Shown here one piece after another: positions 11,101-24,395 of a stretch of DNA of 64,000 nucleotides. The stretch is taken from positions 29,326,001 through 29,390,000 of the forward strand of contig NC_086380.1 in the NCBI RefSeq assembly GCF_036588685.1, in the 5' to 3' direction. The stretch comes from Mytilus trossulus (Eukaryota). Both the position numbers and the translations under genes were made by a program. Below the pieces are notes generated by a model that made no database searches, had not been told where the DNA came from, and worked only from the letters and a program-made list of their open reading frames with translations. Each line of letters starts with the position of its first letter. Position 1 is the first letter of the stretch.

Positions 11101-14100
11101 CCTGTGAAACTATAGCAGCAAATGAAGGATATGAAATAATCCATACTTCTGATCATTATGACATTATACATGGACAGGTAAACAATACATGTAATATGAG
11201 TAAAAGTAGTTATGGGTAATAAACAATAAAACAATTCAAACAATATTTTTTTAGTTGTCATATCTATACTCACAGCTACTTTTGCATAGGTACTATTTCT
11301 GTACTAAAAAAATGCAGTACTGGAAATTTACTTTTAATATTTAGTACTATTTCTTTACTTTAAAACTATTGTAATATTTAGGTACTTGTAATTTACAGTA
11401 CTTGATTTGTACTAAATATTTTGGTACAGAAATTAGACAATATACCATGTTTGAAAATCATAACTTTACGAGATTTGAAATAGAAAAACTTTCGAAATGC
11501 TGCAAATGTAACCATGGTATCGGTAGTAACCAAAAATCTGTAGTATCTACATTTCAAGTACAAATAAAGTACTGTAAAATACAGGTACCTAAATATTACA
11601 ATAATTTTAAAGTAACAAAATAGTACTGAATTTTAAAAGTAGATTTCCAGTACAACAAAATTTTAGTACAGAAATAGTAACTATACACAAGTAGCTGTGT
11701 ATACGGCACGCACATCTATGCATATTAAAGATATAACAAAAATCAGCTTATAGATAAAAGTTATTTAAAAATATTAAAAAAAAAAAACTCCCAGTAAAAT
11801 TAAGATTGGAAGCCCTTTATCAAATGCTAAATCTAAAGCTCAAGCACATCAAATGAATGGAAAACAAATGTCATATTTTAGACATGGTACAGGCTTTCCT
11901 TCTATAGTAAATGAGTATATCATTACAGTGACTTATAATTAATGACACTCTTGTTCATTGATTTTATTGTTTTCCTTCAAAGGTCAAACTTTTCTTTGGA
12001 TACATAGAATTCCATATCATTTTCAATGACAGCATTACTAAAAGAAATAAAAACGCAACAGAGATACCAGCCATGTAATTGTGCTCGCCAGACGCGCGTG
12101 TCGTCTTCAAAAGATTCACCAGTGACGCTCGTATAGTCAAATGTTTTTTTTTCTGTACAGGAGTAAACCCGTATAACCTTGAGGGTTTATCAGTGTATTT
12201 GTACGTAAATAAACAAAGTTTTTTACAAACAAAAAATGCAGTACTCAATGATTAAGAATGGAAACGTGGAACTTGATGTGTTAAATCAAAAAAAATTGAC
12301 GAAAGAGCAAAACACAGCCAAACGGGCCTTCAACACAGCGATAAAATCTTGCATCAAAAGTGAAGCATTTTAAATATTTACCGGCAAATCAGTACCAAAA
12401 TAATTTTTACCATTCAATTCGTGTTTCCCAATCATGAAAAAAGCTTTTGTTTTTTTTTAATCATTTATAACATAATTCTGTCCAAAGCATTTTATCTTGA
12501 AATGTTCATAACTAATGATTTAAGGAGGCTCCTGGGTACAAAAACTTTAGCAAAAAATTAAACCTTTATTTTTTCATTTCAAATTTTATTTATTACACGT
12601 CTATTAGTTGTTACTTTATGATATGGTACAAAAAACAACCCACAAAAATGATTTGGTTTGGCCCCAGATGACTTTAAAACTTGAAAAAGCTCCAAATTAT
12701 CTCCCTTTGGTGCGAAAATGCCTTTTTTTGCCTTAAATTTGAAATATCTTTTTTAACTCATCGGTGACGTATATTTTTTATTATTGTTTTCAAATAAACT
12801 GTACATAAACTAAATTATTGTAAAATTTAAGCGATTTCTTATATTAGGTTATTTTTTTATTTTTTTATTTCGATATTTCCTCTTTTTCTCCTATTAGTTC
12901 AACAGAAAAAAGGGACATTAACAAAAATGTATGTTTTTTCCAGAAGCAGATTTTAGCTTAAATGAACGGTGACCCCATTTTTTATTTCATTTTTCTTTTA
13001 AGTATATGATAAAGTTCATTTATGAAAAAATATAGCGAAATCCTATATTAGAAAAAAAATCATTTATACCCAGGAGCCCCCTTAATGATGACTAATTTAT
13101 TAAATTTCAATTTTCAGGGAACAATCGCGTTGGAGTTATTACAGGACGTACCAGATTTAGATGCGATATTAGTATCAGCTAGTGGAGGCGGAATGATATC
13201 TGGTATATCTATTGCTGCTAAATCTATCAACAAAAATATAAAAAGTAATATTTACAATTTGTTATATTTTCATTACAATTACATTTGAACTAGTTTTTAA
13301 AGAGTAATAGATCACCAGAAAACGACATTCCAAACTTTACTTACACCTTAAATAAATCGTCCATAACCTTTTTGAAAAAAAATCAGTTTTAGCGTCTATA
13401 TGATATTACTTTGCAATTGGAATGAATAACTACATTTTATTATACTTCACGATAAAATGCCATATTTTGATTTGTTAAGACGAGGGTGTCAATTTACTCT
13501 ATCACATGGCTGAGCGGTTGACAATTTTTTTTAATGTTACCCTCTCGTCTAGACCAGTCAGAAATCAATAATTCAAAGAACAATGAATTGAATTTACATC
13601 AAGGAATTAAATACAATGCTAAAGTTCAACGTTTTGGTTCAGATTTTATTATCGACTGTTAAAATAAATAAAATAAAACATTTTGCTTGACTTTTATTGT
13701 TTTTTTTCTAATGCCCGTAACGATGTTATGAACGTGACGTCATAAAAAATACTTTTAAAAGAAAAGTAATCTGTAAAAGCCAATAATGATAGGACATTCA
13801 GTATAATAAATTAAATAACACATAGTTGAGAGGGTGATAAAGCAGATTGGAACCCCCTCGAAAAGGCATTGTCAACCTTGGCTTCGTCGCGGTTGACAAT
13901 GTTTTCTCGGGGTACCAATCTGCTCTATCACACTCTCAGCTATGTGTTATTTAAACAATGTTTCAAAATTCAGTGAAACCTTGTAAAATACTAGAATTAA
14001 AATGTATACAACAGTAAATTGCAATTACTAATTTCAATGAAATGTCGTTCCTACGCACACCCTGGTTATTGAGAGGCAAGCCATATTCTGTCAATAAAAT

Positions 14101-17100
14101 TGCATTATTTCTGTTTCAGTTTTTATGGTAGAACCCCAAGGTAAAATGGCTGAGGAGAGCTTAAGGGCAGGTAAATATTTCAATTTTATATTACAGGAAT
14201 GAGCTGACAACATATCGTTAATTTTTCTGCGTAATCTGCTTGATCACCTTTCATCGCCCACTTTTATTGGATAACTGTATGTTTCGTTTTGCTTAGTTTT
14301 TCGTTACCTAGGTAGTACTTATTATTTCAATAAATAGCTATTAAGATGATATTCATTAATTATAATTGTGATAACAATTATAAAAAAGAATATGTTTTGC
14401 AAGAACAAGAAAATTTTACACTATCTTTGAATTCACAATTGTTTGATTTCATGTTTGAAATTGTTGTTTCCGGCCCTTTTTTTGAAATACAACCGAAGAT
14501 GATTTTTATATTAAAGATAGTTATCAATTGACTATTAGCAAACAAATTCAAGCGCAAAGACCAGTTTAAAAAAACACATTTTGTTCATTGGTATCACTCT
14601 TCGGTGATCTACAATTGTTTATTTATATGTCATCTGATCTCTTGAGGATGGCTGTCTCATTGTTAATTATATCACTTCTTTTTCTGTTTTAAATGTACAT
14701 CTTTTACATCTTAACTGGATTGTATAGTAAATGTAGGTTTGTTGTAAATGTTTACTATGATTTTGTTATAGGCAACAGATTGTGGCCTAATCCCCCACAG
14801 TTTATAGATACTATTGCCGAAGGACTAATGAGTCAACAATTAGGCAATCTCACCGTCCCAATCATCTGTAGATTTGTAGAAAAGGAGGTTTTCACTGTTG
14901 TAAGTTTTGCTATTTGAAACTGTAGAAAAAAGAATGGCACAATTAAAATAATGTCAATGTAAGTAAAGGATATAGAAATATGTTTATCTGCAATTCCTAC
15001 ATCCATCAGTTAAAAGTAAGCTTAATAAAGTGGTCTGATCGGTGTTACGTGATTTGCATGTATATATTTATAGCAACGTCCGATTGGAATTTGGCAGTTT
15101 AGTAAGTTCAACTGTTCAATGTAACAGAAGAAATCATTGATGCATTTGTCTAGTGAATACTTCTCCAAACTAGACTACCTCTCCCCACATACAGATTCTC
15201 TAGGAAAAACATTAATGTCTAGTGTTTATAACAGGTACTCTTTAAATTTTGTATTTTTAAAAGTATTTAACAAGTTTTTAAATTGGACTAGGTGATATTT
15301 ACTATAATGAAAAAAAAACCACACAAAAAATACGAGTAAAATGTAGAGTTTTAGTCTAAATATATCATATAAAATTCATAACATCACATTTAACAATATA
15401 TAATTAAATTCATTCTAAAATAAAAGATAAGACAAAACTTTAATAACACTGATTTTGATATAAAATTAGGGTTAAGCAATTTATGAGTAATCCAGTAATA
15501 GTTGAAACTTACTGTTTGCAATAATGATAAAATAGTTGACGTTTTATATTTCTGCATGCACAAACATTGGTTAAATTTCTTTGCTAATTTCAGAATTTTA
15601 TAACGCCAAGAAAAGTGTAGAATGGAAAATTATGGAATTTTATAGAAAAGACTTTATTCATTTGTCAAAAAAGTTGCAATATATAAATGAAACTTTTGAA
15701 TTAACAGATAAATTCCTGAATCACAAATGCATTACTGCATTTCAAGAGTCATAATATGGTTTGAAAATAGACGAGAGGTCAAGGATACATAAAACATCAA
15801 CATAACATACAGTCGACATCAATATGACATAAAACTTAAAAAGTAATCTGGTGTCTGTGTAATGTACTTAGCTAGATATAGCATACAAACTAGTACAATG
15901 AAATATAATGCGTGCAACACTCGGTGTGATAGTAAGCTCAATCTGTGTATTCCCACTTCCCAATCAATGAAAGCCATTAAGAAATAGTGTATTAGCTTTC
16001 AATTCACTTTGGTTTTATTTCTTTTCAACTGAATATCCACGTTTACTAAATAAACTCATCATAGATACCAGGACTAAACTTTGTATATAAGTCAGACGCG
16101 CGTTTCGTCTACAAAACACTCATCAGTGACGCTCGAATACTAAAAAGTTAAAAAGGCCAAATTCAGTACGAAGTTGAAGAGCATTGAGGACCAAAATTCT
16201 TAAAAGTTTTACCAAATCCAGCTAAAGTAATATATGCCTGAGGTTAAAAGCGATGTAATGCAATTGTAGTTTTATGCATAATGTATTGCACTTACATGGT
16301 CTTACTTTTCTAATTTGATAGATTTTTCTATTTAGGGAAATGAAGATATTATTAATGGAATGGTGTTCTCTTTCCGGTATATGAAGGTAACATTATATAC
16401 TCAACACTCTTGTGATCACTTACTCTATTATATTTGCAATCATAATTTGCACATGCGTTAACACACTCGAAAAGAATATCATGAACAGCGCACAATTTCA
16501 ATTTTCGGTCTTGCGTTGTTAAAAAAAAAGAATGACTAACGTAGATACAAGTATCATGTCTTGTCTATAATACTAAAATTACGAGGTCCAATTTGTAAGC
16601 CGTCATCACATAAAAACGACGAATCACAGAATTCAACTTTATATATAACTAATATAGTACAAAGGTGTAGATTAAAAATTACACCACTCCAGGCCCTTTT
16701 GTTTTCCACGTAATTAATATTGCCAATAATTAAGAAGTTCCGGGTCGAGTCCGATACCGATACCAATAGTATATTCACCTGTTACCTATTACCTTATCTG
16801 TACGTTCCGCATCTGACAGGCGCACCACCAAACGGTGTATTTAGGATTAATATGCTATATACACGGGTCATAATCACAAGGTTGACACTACTAAATAGTC
16901 AAATTGTTACCTATTGTAGTATTTTAATCAGTAAGACTTTCTAAGATAACAATACGATTACTAAAAATCTGGACTAAAAATAAGGCGCATAGGTACAGTT
17001 TTCAATTTGTTTGTGGGCATGACGTAAAACAGCGAAACAAAGAATTCAACTTTATTTATAGTAATATAGGACAATGCTGTTGACTCCATTCCAGGACCTC

Positions 17101-18558
17101 TTTTTTCCAAATAATAAATATTACCAATAATTGATAAGTTCCGGTTCGACGGGTTCAAACAGAAAGATTTGAAAGCAGAGAAAACTGTGTATCTTATAAT
17201 CGGCATGACTTTATCAGATGACAATACTAATACTAAAATAAGGCTTGCGCATAGTTATATACTTTAATTCAGTCACGGACCCGTGATATCACGGGTGTGT
17301 TCTAGTGTAACATTAAATGTGTCAATCATTATTTGTCATTGTTTTTAAGAACGCTTGATAAAATCTGATGTTTAAAAAATATCTATACATATAGAATCCC
17401 TTTTTCGGGGTTTGTTAGAAAGAACTTGTTTTACACAAAGTAGTTCCTTGTTTGCATAACTGTTATTTTGTAAACATGTAAAACATTTGGGAAATATTGA
17501 TATCAAATGAAAGCTTGATGACTTTAGATCACTATATAATAGTTATTGAAAGTTCCCGGTGTATAATAAGAAAATGCAAGTTAGATACAAAAGGTTGACA
17601 TTTCCAAATTTCAATCTAGGTATCTATGATGATTTTATTTACAACCTCTTGGTCCATGCCACTGCTGGATGATTTTTTATTTTACGAGGGTATCACCAGC
17701 CCAGTAGTCAGCATTTCTGTGTTGACATGTATTATCATTGAAATGGTTATAATTATAAGTTATCTGTTTACCAAACTTTGAAATTTTGAAATACAAAGTC
17801 TACCTCAGGAATGGATAACCTTAGCTGTCGTTGGCAATACGTTTATGAATGTTTGGTTCTCAATACTCTTCAACTTTGCCCTTTTGTTTGCCTTTTTAAC
17901 TTGATTGTAATCGAGCGTCACTGATGTGTGTTTTGTTGCCGAATATTTGAAATACTAAGACTTTTCTACCTCAAGAATGGATAACCTTAGCTGTATTTGG
18001 CAATACGTTTATGGATGTTTAGTGTTGAATAATTTTAAACTTTGATCTTGATTTGGCCTTTTTAACTTTTTTGTATTTGAGTGTGTTTTTTGTTGACGTA
18101 ACGCGCGTCTGGAGAACATAAAAAGTTTTAATTTTAATGTAATTACAAACGAAAGATGTGTTCATTTGAGTACGGACTAGGATGAGATGTTATTTTGACT
18201 TGAAATGTCTGTCTGTCTTTATCTGAACACATCTGTTTTTATTAATAATTCTTTAATTTGAATTATTTTACTAAGAAACAATCGGGCTAATATTAAGTTT
18301 TGTTATTCCATAAAAATAAAATGAAAATGGAAATTAGAACGTAGAACATTAAATAAATGTTATGATTGTAATGCTATATAGTAATTTTTTTTTAATTTTT
18401 TATTTAAGATGGCAATAGAAGCCGCTGCTGGAGCTACAGTAGCTGCTGCCATGTCAGAGAAGTTAAAACAGATGGATCCTGGTATAAAGAAAATCGGAGT
18501 TATATTATGTGGTGGAAATGTTGACATGTTGAAATTACCATGGTACTCTAAAACATAA
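8170..18558 (+). CDS. SRR: PLP-dependent serine/aspartate racemase family protein (fold type II), 9 exons, 327 aa
   Basis: Exons 8170-8352, 9174-9215, 9692-9858, 11093-11177, 13118-13244, 14120-14170, 14772-14899, 16336-16386 and 18409-18558. All are GT-AG with consistent phases and total 984 nt. Motifs: FKCENLQKTGSFKARGA (PLP lysine), SSGNHG, GQGTIALE, SGGGMISG, VEP, TIAEGL, LCGGNVD. AATAAA at about 18724. Confidence 0.93.
9893..10085 (+). repeat. Interspersed repeat family (aaattgagaatggaaatggggaatgtgtcaaagagacaacaacc)
   Basis: Related copies at about 7100-7330, 53060-53450 and 57040-57185(-). Confidence 0.8.
11271..11699. mobile_element. Foldback/MITE with long (about 140 bp) imperfect terminal inverted repeats and CAC...GTG ends
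   Basis: Left end cacagctact..tactatttctgtactaaaa..gtactggaaat is mirrored by atttccagtac..ttttagtacagaaatagta..agtagctgtg. Confidence 0.8.
12524..13081. mobile_element. Non-autonomous TIR transposon with TTAA target duplication (Kolobok-like GG...CC ends)
   Basis: ttaa|ggaggctcctgggta ... tacccaggagccccc|ttaa. Confidence 0.8.
13811..13954. repeat. 144-bp near-perfect palindrome (hairpin MITE-like)
   Basis: ttaaataacacatagttgagagggtgata..gcagattgg..cattgtcaacc [loop] ggttgacaatg..ccaatctgc..tatcacactctcagctatgtgttatttaa. Confidence 0.85.
16091..16134 (-). ncRNA. Minimal type I hammerhead ribozyme motif within a retrozyme-like repeat fragment (about 16050-16250)
   Basis: Minus strand gtca-CTGATGA-gtgt tttgt agac-GAAA-cgcgc-GTC-tgac. 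Core intact, one stem II mismatch. Confidence 0.7.
16554..17305 (+). mobile_element. Non-autonomous Helitron-like element
   Basis: Perfect 16-nt palindrome cccgtgatatcacggg (17280-17295) followed 6 nt later by CTAG|T (17302-17305), the canonical Helitron 3' end. Internal duplication (agaattcaactttat...ccaataatt..aagttccgg). The 5' TC boundary is approximate. Confidence 0.65.
17610..18130 (+). repeat. Degenerate retrozyme-family repeat with internal duplication and broken hammerhead cores
   Basis: Homologous to the reverse complement of 22120-22545. Remnants gagcgtcactgatgtgtg (17913) and gacgtaacgcgcgtctgg (about 18095). Confidence 0.7.
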
Positions 18559-19229
18559 TGAAATGGACCAAGACAGTTTAAAGTGTATATGTATAGTAAA
18601 ATACGACGTTTTACTATGGATATTGTGTAAACCCTTTTTTTCTTCTTATGAAACAGGAGAAAATCAATGACATCATTGGATTTCATAATACTTTTATTTC
18701 AGAATACTACACATTTAGGTGAAAATAAAAGAAAAAAATCACTATGAAGACAGACGAATAACTCGAGGTTTCAATTATTGACACTCGTCCATACAACATA
18801 TACATATATACAACTTTCAAAGTGTTAATACTTAGTAAATGAATATTTTCTGATCAGAGAATACATCAGATCACTTATTCTTGAACGAAGCCAAATGTCA
18901 AGAATCAATAAGAAGAAAAACACAAACAGTCTAACTTATGATAAATACGAGGGCTTATCATTTTCCTTCTCTTCCACAAAATAAAAAGGCCACTCTAAGA
19001 ACTTAATTACAAATTTAAATGAACAAAACGAAAAAGAAAGAAAAATCAGTCATTAAAACTTATTATAGAAAGAACAGATTATGTTGTCTTCAAAACAAGA
19101 AGTTGTGTAAAAGGTTTGAATTGCTGTACGAGGACAATAAGAGTTCAAAGCAAAACAATGGAACTGATAATTGATGTGTGTTGTTTGGCCTTTTCGCCCC
19201 AACAATGTAATGAATTTGTTGAAAGATAT

Positions 19230-20200
19230 ACCCTTTATATGAAATTGAACAAATGCATTAATTGATTCCTGAATGAAAATAATTATTGCAAAGAGCAGTC
19301 ACATAAATACTGATCAACTGCATTGGTACAGACATCTATGTTGAAAATGGAGGGTTGAACCTGATTTTATTGGTAGCTGACCATCTCACTTGTATAACAG
19401 TCGCATCAAATTCCAATATATGGACATGCGAGTGTGAACAAAACAAACAGACATGTCAAAAATAGGGGTATTGCAGTCAGCATTGTGCTCTAATCTTAAT
19501 CACTATGAAAACAAATAATTATGTATTAAAGAAGCACAAAAAGGCATTAAGAGAAAGCAAATTATAAAAGATATAGACAAGAAAACTAATCTTTACCATA
19601 GCACAATAACAAAATAACGGGATGATTAAGTAAACGAACACATCCTATTCCCTGCATGATTGTGATCAATTGAAACTTTGAAATAAATCTCCATCAGCAG
19701 TGGCATCGACCCAGTGGTTGCAAATAAACACACCATAGATACCAGGAATGAATCTAATATTTACGCCAGACGAATGATAAACCCTTTTTATGAAATTGAA
19801 CAAAAGCATTAATTGATTCCTGAATGAAAACAATTATTGCAAAAAGCAATCACATAAATACTGATCAACTGTCATATTCCTGCATTGATACAGACATCTA
19901 TGTTGAAAATGGAGGGTTGAACCTAATTTAATAAGGGACTACCCATCTTACTTGTATAACAGTCGCATTAAATTCCAATATATGGACATGTATGTGTGAA
20001 CAAAACAAACAGACATGTCAAAGTAGGGGTATTGCATTCAGCATTGTGCTATAATCTTAATAACTATGAAAACAAATAATTATGTATTAAAGAAGCACAA
20101 AAAAGGCTTAAAGAGAAAGCAAATTATTAAAGATATAGACAAGAATACTAAACGTCATCATAGCACAATAACAAAATAACGGGATGTTTAAGTAAACGAA
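19230..20200. repeat. Local duplication of about 410 bp (period about 550 bp)
   Basis: atgaaattgaacaaa.gcattaattgattcctgaatgaaaa...aagtaaacgaacac occurs at about 19230-19640 and 19780-20200. The spacer contains a retrozyme-family fragment. Confidence 0.85.
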
Positions 20201-21627
20201 CACTAAAAAAATCTGTATACGTTGTATTGTAATTGAAGCCTTAGTTAAGTAAAGAATAACAAATTATGTTAGAATATTTACAATTATTAACCTCTTGGAT
20301 AATCTCTTTACTGCAATATTAACTTCTGATCATTTGTAATATTTTTTGAATTTTATTTTTTTGTAACTTGCTCATACAGACATTGAATATTTTGATTGCA
20401 GAACATTAATTTCACCATGACCTTTAGCTATATTTTTAGAGTGACAATTAACCTTATAGGCATTTAAATTGTTTACATAAGGTTGCAGAACCTTCCACAC
20501 AAGCACAGATTGTGAAGATTAAATTATAATTGACACCACCTTATTGTTAAAATAAAAATAAACTGCAAATCGGTTAACTTATTTACAACTGTCAATCAAC
20601 ATTTAGAAATCTTTTATCAATATCAAATTGTATTTTTTATATAAATATGTCCTCTATTGATTACGAGGTCAATCTAAATGTAAATTATGTTTATAGTACG
20701 ACATTTATCCACTCATTCATTGAAAAGCAAAAATTTACCCTTGACAACGCTTTTCTAATACACAATTTTACACCTGTAGAACGTATAAATAAAGACATCT
20801 GATCAACCAGCTTTAAGGGCATACGATACAGTTACAGGGGAGGTAATGACGTTGCTAACGTAAAATGTTATTTTCGCGACGTCAAACTGTGACATATCGG
20901 GAAAAGATGCATTTTTTGACTGTTTTTTTATCCTTCAAACTGATTTAATTTGAAAACGAGTTCATGGACCCCTATTTTTCAAAACAGCAATTTGTTTCAT
21001 TTTGCAGGCAGATTATGTGACCCAGTTTATAAAATTGTAAATAGAGGATTTTTTTTAATTTTGATAAACATGCAGCAAAAAAAGACGTATTTTCCTCAAT
21101 TCATGAACATTTGATAAATATGAGTTATTTCTGAATACAAAATGCATACTTTTTTTATACATTCTTATAAAATACAAATATTACCGAGTATTTAACAAAA
21201 AACAATTTGTGTTTATCTTTAATAACAAAAAAGTTATGTCTTTCTTTCAAAAAAGAAATAACGGCCAAAAATCAGTGCTTGTTATAGTTTTGAGTTGTAA
21301 AACTCACTAACTACCTATAAATATGAATTCCCTGAATAAATTCCCTGAATAACTTCCCTGGTTATCCAGTGAATAATTTACAGGAATACTCGGCCAACTG
21401 CTGTGAAAAAACGTATTTAAACGGAAGTGCTGATGTTCTGTTAAATGTTATGATTTAACATTAGAATAAACCAAAACATGCATATGGAAACAATTGTTCG
21501 TTGAATATGTGGCTTAAGTAACGTTACCTTAAACAATATAAAATAATAAAGATTTTTCGAACTCAAAGCAGAACAAGACAGAAAAACAATAATATAGTTC
21601 TAAGATAATTGAATTCAAACGTAAACT

Positions 21628-21800
21628 ATTTCAAGGCTTGTTTTTCCTATGATCATGATTTTCTTGATAGAGGGATGCTGTTTACAGGGAAACTTTTAAA
21701 CCAATAGTTCCTAGCAGTTAAGTTGATATCACCCTCATGTTAATTTAATAGACGTTATCATGAATTGACTGACCGATACAAAATGTCTCTTCAACAGATG
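21628..21800 (+). mobile_element. Degenerate Penelope-like RT fragment
   Basis: Reads approximately HDFLDRGMLFTGKLLNQ*F..KL..RRYHELTDRY, the same motif family as 4396 and 25495. Confidence 0.6.
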
Positions 21801-22155
21801 ACCGGTACAAAATATCTCTTCAACAGATAACAACATCAAATGTCTTAACTACATTTCGTCTTTTTTCATACAAACTTTACACAATATAGACCTTGACGAT
21901 GGGTACTTATCATCACGTTAAAAAGGAGGGATGAAGAAACCAAACGGACAGTGAAAATCATAAATAGAGTTTTTGTTCCTCACTCTTAAAATGAATTTTT
22001 AGATAAGATAAAATGAATATATTCACATCAGGTTGCTTGTTCATTGATTCACGAATATTTTTCGGACACTATATTTTTAAATGACCTCCATTAAATAATT
22101 AATTATAACTAATAAGTAAACTCATCTTAGATACCCGGACTAAATTTTGCATATA

Positions 22156-22197
22156 CGCCAGACGCGCGTTTCGTCTACAAAAGACTCATCAGTGACG
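22156..22197 (-). ncRNA. Minimal type I hammerhead ribozyme
   Basis: Minus strand cgtca-CTGATGA-gtct tttgt agac-GAAA-cgcgc-GTC-tggcg. Stems I and II pair; stem III is the palindrome ACGCGCGT. Confidence 0.88.
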
Positions 22198-22502
22198 CTC
22201 GAATCCAAAAAAGTTAAAAGTTTGAAGAGCATTAAGGATCAAAATTCCAAAAAGTTTTGCACAATACAGCTAAGTTAATCTATGCCTGAGGTAGAAAATC
22301 CTTATTTTAATAAAAAAAGTAAATTTTGTAAACAGTTAAATTATAAATATAACCATGACAATGATAATTCATGTCAGCTCAACAAAGTGCTGACTACTGG
22401 GTTGGTGATACCCTCGTGGAAATAAATATCCACCAGCAGTGGCATCGACCGAGTGGTTGTAAATAAACTCATCATAGATACCAGGACTAAATTTTGTAAA
22501 TA

Positions 22503-22543
22503 CGCCTGACGCGCGTTTCGTCTCAAAAGACTCATCAGAGACG
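22503..22543 (-). ncRNA. Minimal type I hammerhead ribozyme
   Basis: Minus strand cgtct-CTGATGA-gtct tttg agac-GAAA-cgcgc-GTC-aggcg. Compensatory A-U to U-A swap in stem I relative to the 22156 copy. Confidence 0.88.
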
Positions 22544-24395
22544 CTAAAATTAACTCGACATACATGTCCATGCATATTTGAGGGTTTGAGTGTCCTAATA
22601 TTAACCTGGTAATGATAACGTTTAATGTTTTCAAGGAACATGAGGAACATATGTACACGTTATTGTTCCATCAGACAACCACGTCAACAATGTTTGCTTT
22701 ATTTGCTTTAAAAGATATGGAGTGTTTAACGAAAGAAAATTTGACTCAAAACATATATGCGTACCTTACATTTACCTCTACATCATTTATGAAAGAGGAG
22801 ATTTAAAAAAGTATTGTGTGTGCCTTATTTTTAGTATAATCTTAAATGGCTATGCAAATCTCGTTTCTCTATTCTAAATACGTTGATTTCACACTTTTTT
22901 CTTTAAAAACTCTATTTAGCAGAATTATTAAGATGTTCTAATTACATTCGTTTCAAAAATCGTAGTGTCATAGATAAAACAAATTGTTTTAGAACATGTT
23001 AAACTGGAATCTACAGCATATTAATTTTATAATTATCATCCTTCTATTTTACAGAAAAAAATTTTCTCTGCTGATCGCTGGCGGTTTCCAAATCTCATTG
23101 AATACTTTAAGCTTTATGTTGTTCAAATTACTTAGATTTTGTTAGTAAGGTGTGCTCCTTATCTAACTATTGCTATCACTGAGAAGACAATAGTTTAATC
23201 AATTAGTAAAACGTTTTGGTAAATTTGTTTCAAGATGAATATTGGGATCACTGTAGTACCCTTGATGAAAATTTCTGTTGAAAATTATAAAATATGTTTG
23301 AATAAAAGGATTGCACACAGCCATTTTATTTCAGAACAGAAGTATCTTTTAATGTACTATCAAACCGGTAACCATTGTGCTTTTATACATACCTGCAATT
23401 AAATGCTTAACACAAGTCAGAATAATTTATATAGATATGGGAAGATGTGGTATAAGTGACAATGAGACAACCCTTCATCCAAGTCACAATTTATAAAAGT
23501 GAACCATCATAAGTCAAAGTACGGTCTGTATTACTAAGCCTAGGCTTATTAATTTGGACATGCAATGACCGACACTATATTTCAACTGAAGACACAGTAG
23601 CTATTTATTTTTCAAATAGAAATGGGACTGTCAATCAGTGGTTGCACTCCTAAATAGTCTTGTTACATCAAATGTACCGATTAGTTGTACAACGCTGACT
23701 GGATGACATGAAAATGATTTTTTTTTGTAAAAAACGACCAGCCATTCAATTAGAAAGTTCTCCTAAAACTGCTTGATAATGGTCAGAAATTTTCAGTGCC
23801 AACAAAAGACCATATCTGGATGAAAACAAGTGAGAAAATGCGACGAAATCCAAATTTGATTATTTCCGACTAAGAAAAAGTAATCCTAAGAAGATCAGTA
23901 GAGTCACAGTTGAGTTAATAAAATGATGATATTAACTGTTAATATTAACAGTTATTATGTTGTTTTAAATTAGCAAAAACGCAGGTTAAAGAAGTTCGCT
24001 GTTCAGTTTCAAAATAAATAGCTTTCCATAACACTAGTTTATATTGATAGGGGATTAATAAAGGAAGCAAAAAGCAAAAAAATACAGGGGTCAATGTGTT
24101 TGTTTTCGAGATATTAGCCATTGGAATAATTACGAGAAAACGTTATCTCTTGATTTTTCATAGCGTTATCATTGACCAGTTTAAGTTCTCAAAAACTAAG
24201 ATTGTATAAGACTTTTACAAATGGCTAATAGTTATACACGTAAAAGATGTATAAAAAGAAAATGGGGGTTCATGGACAAAACATATTAAATTGATAAAAA
24301 CAAAAGATTTCGAAAATATGTCAAAAATTCCAAAACAGGACAAGCAAACACCCTTCAATATCAACGTCAATTCAAGTGATATTATATTGTTTTAT

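Larger units (their letters stand above)
22116..22545 (-). mobile_element. Non-LTR retrozyme-like element: one 347-nt monomer flanked by two hammerhead ribozymes
   Basis: Direct repeats aaactcatc.tagatacc.ggactaaattttg...HHR at both ends. Predicted cleavage sites 22507/22508 and 22160/22161. Confidence 0.85.

Noticed and set aside
18360-18686. 108-aa minus-strand ORF (likewise 3076-3282, 3529-3753, 30894-31094, 34640-34846, 61046-61273)
   Set aside because: Antisense shadows of real + strand exons with no independent motifs.
22369-22658. Two overlapping minus-strand ORFs of about 94 aa
   Set aside because: They run through the non-coding retrozyme repeat and show no protein motif.
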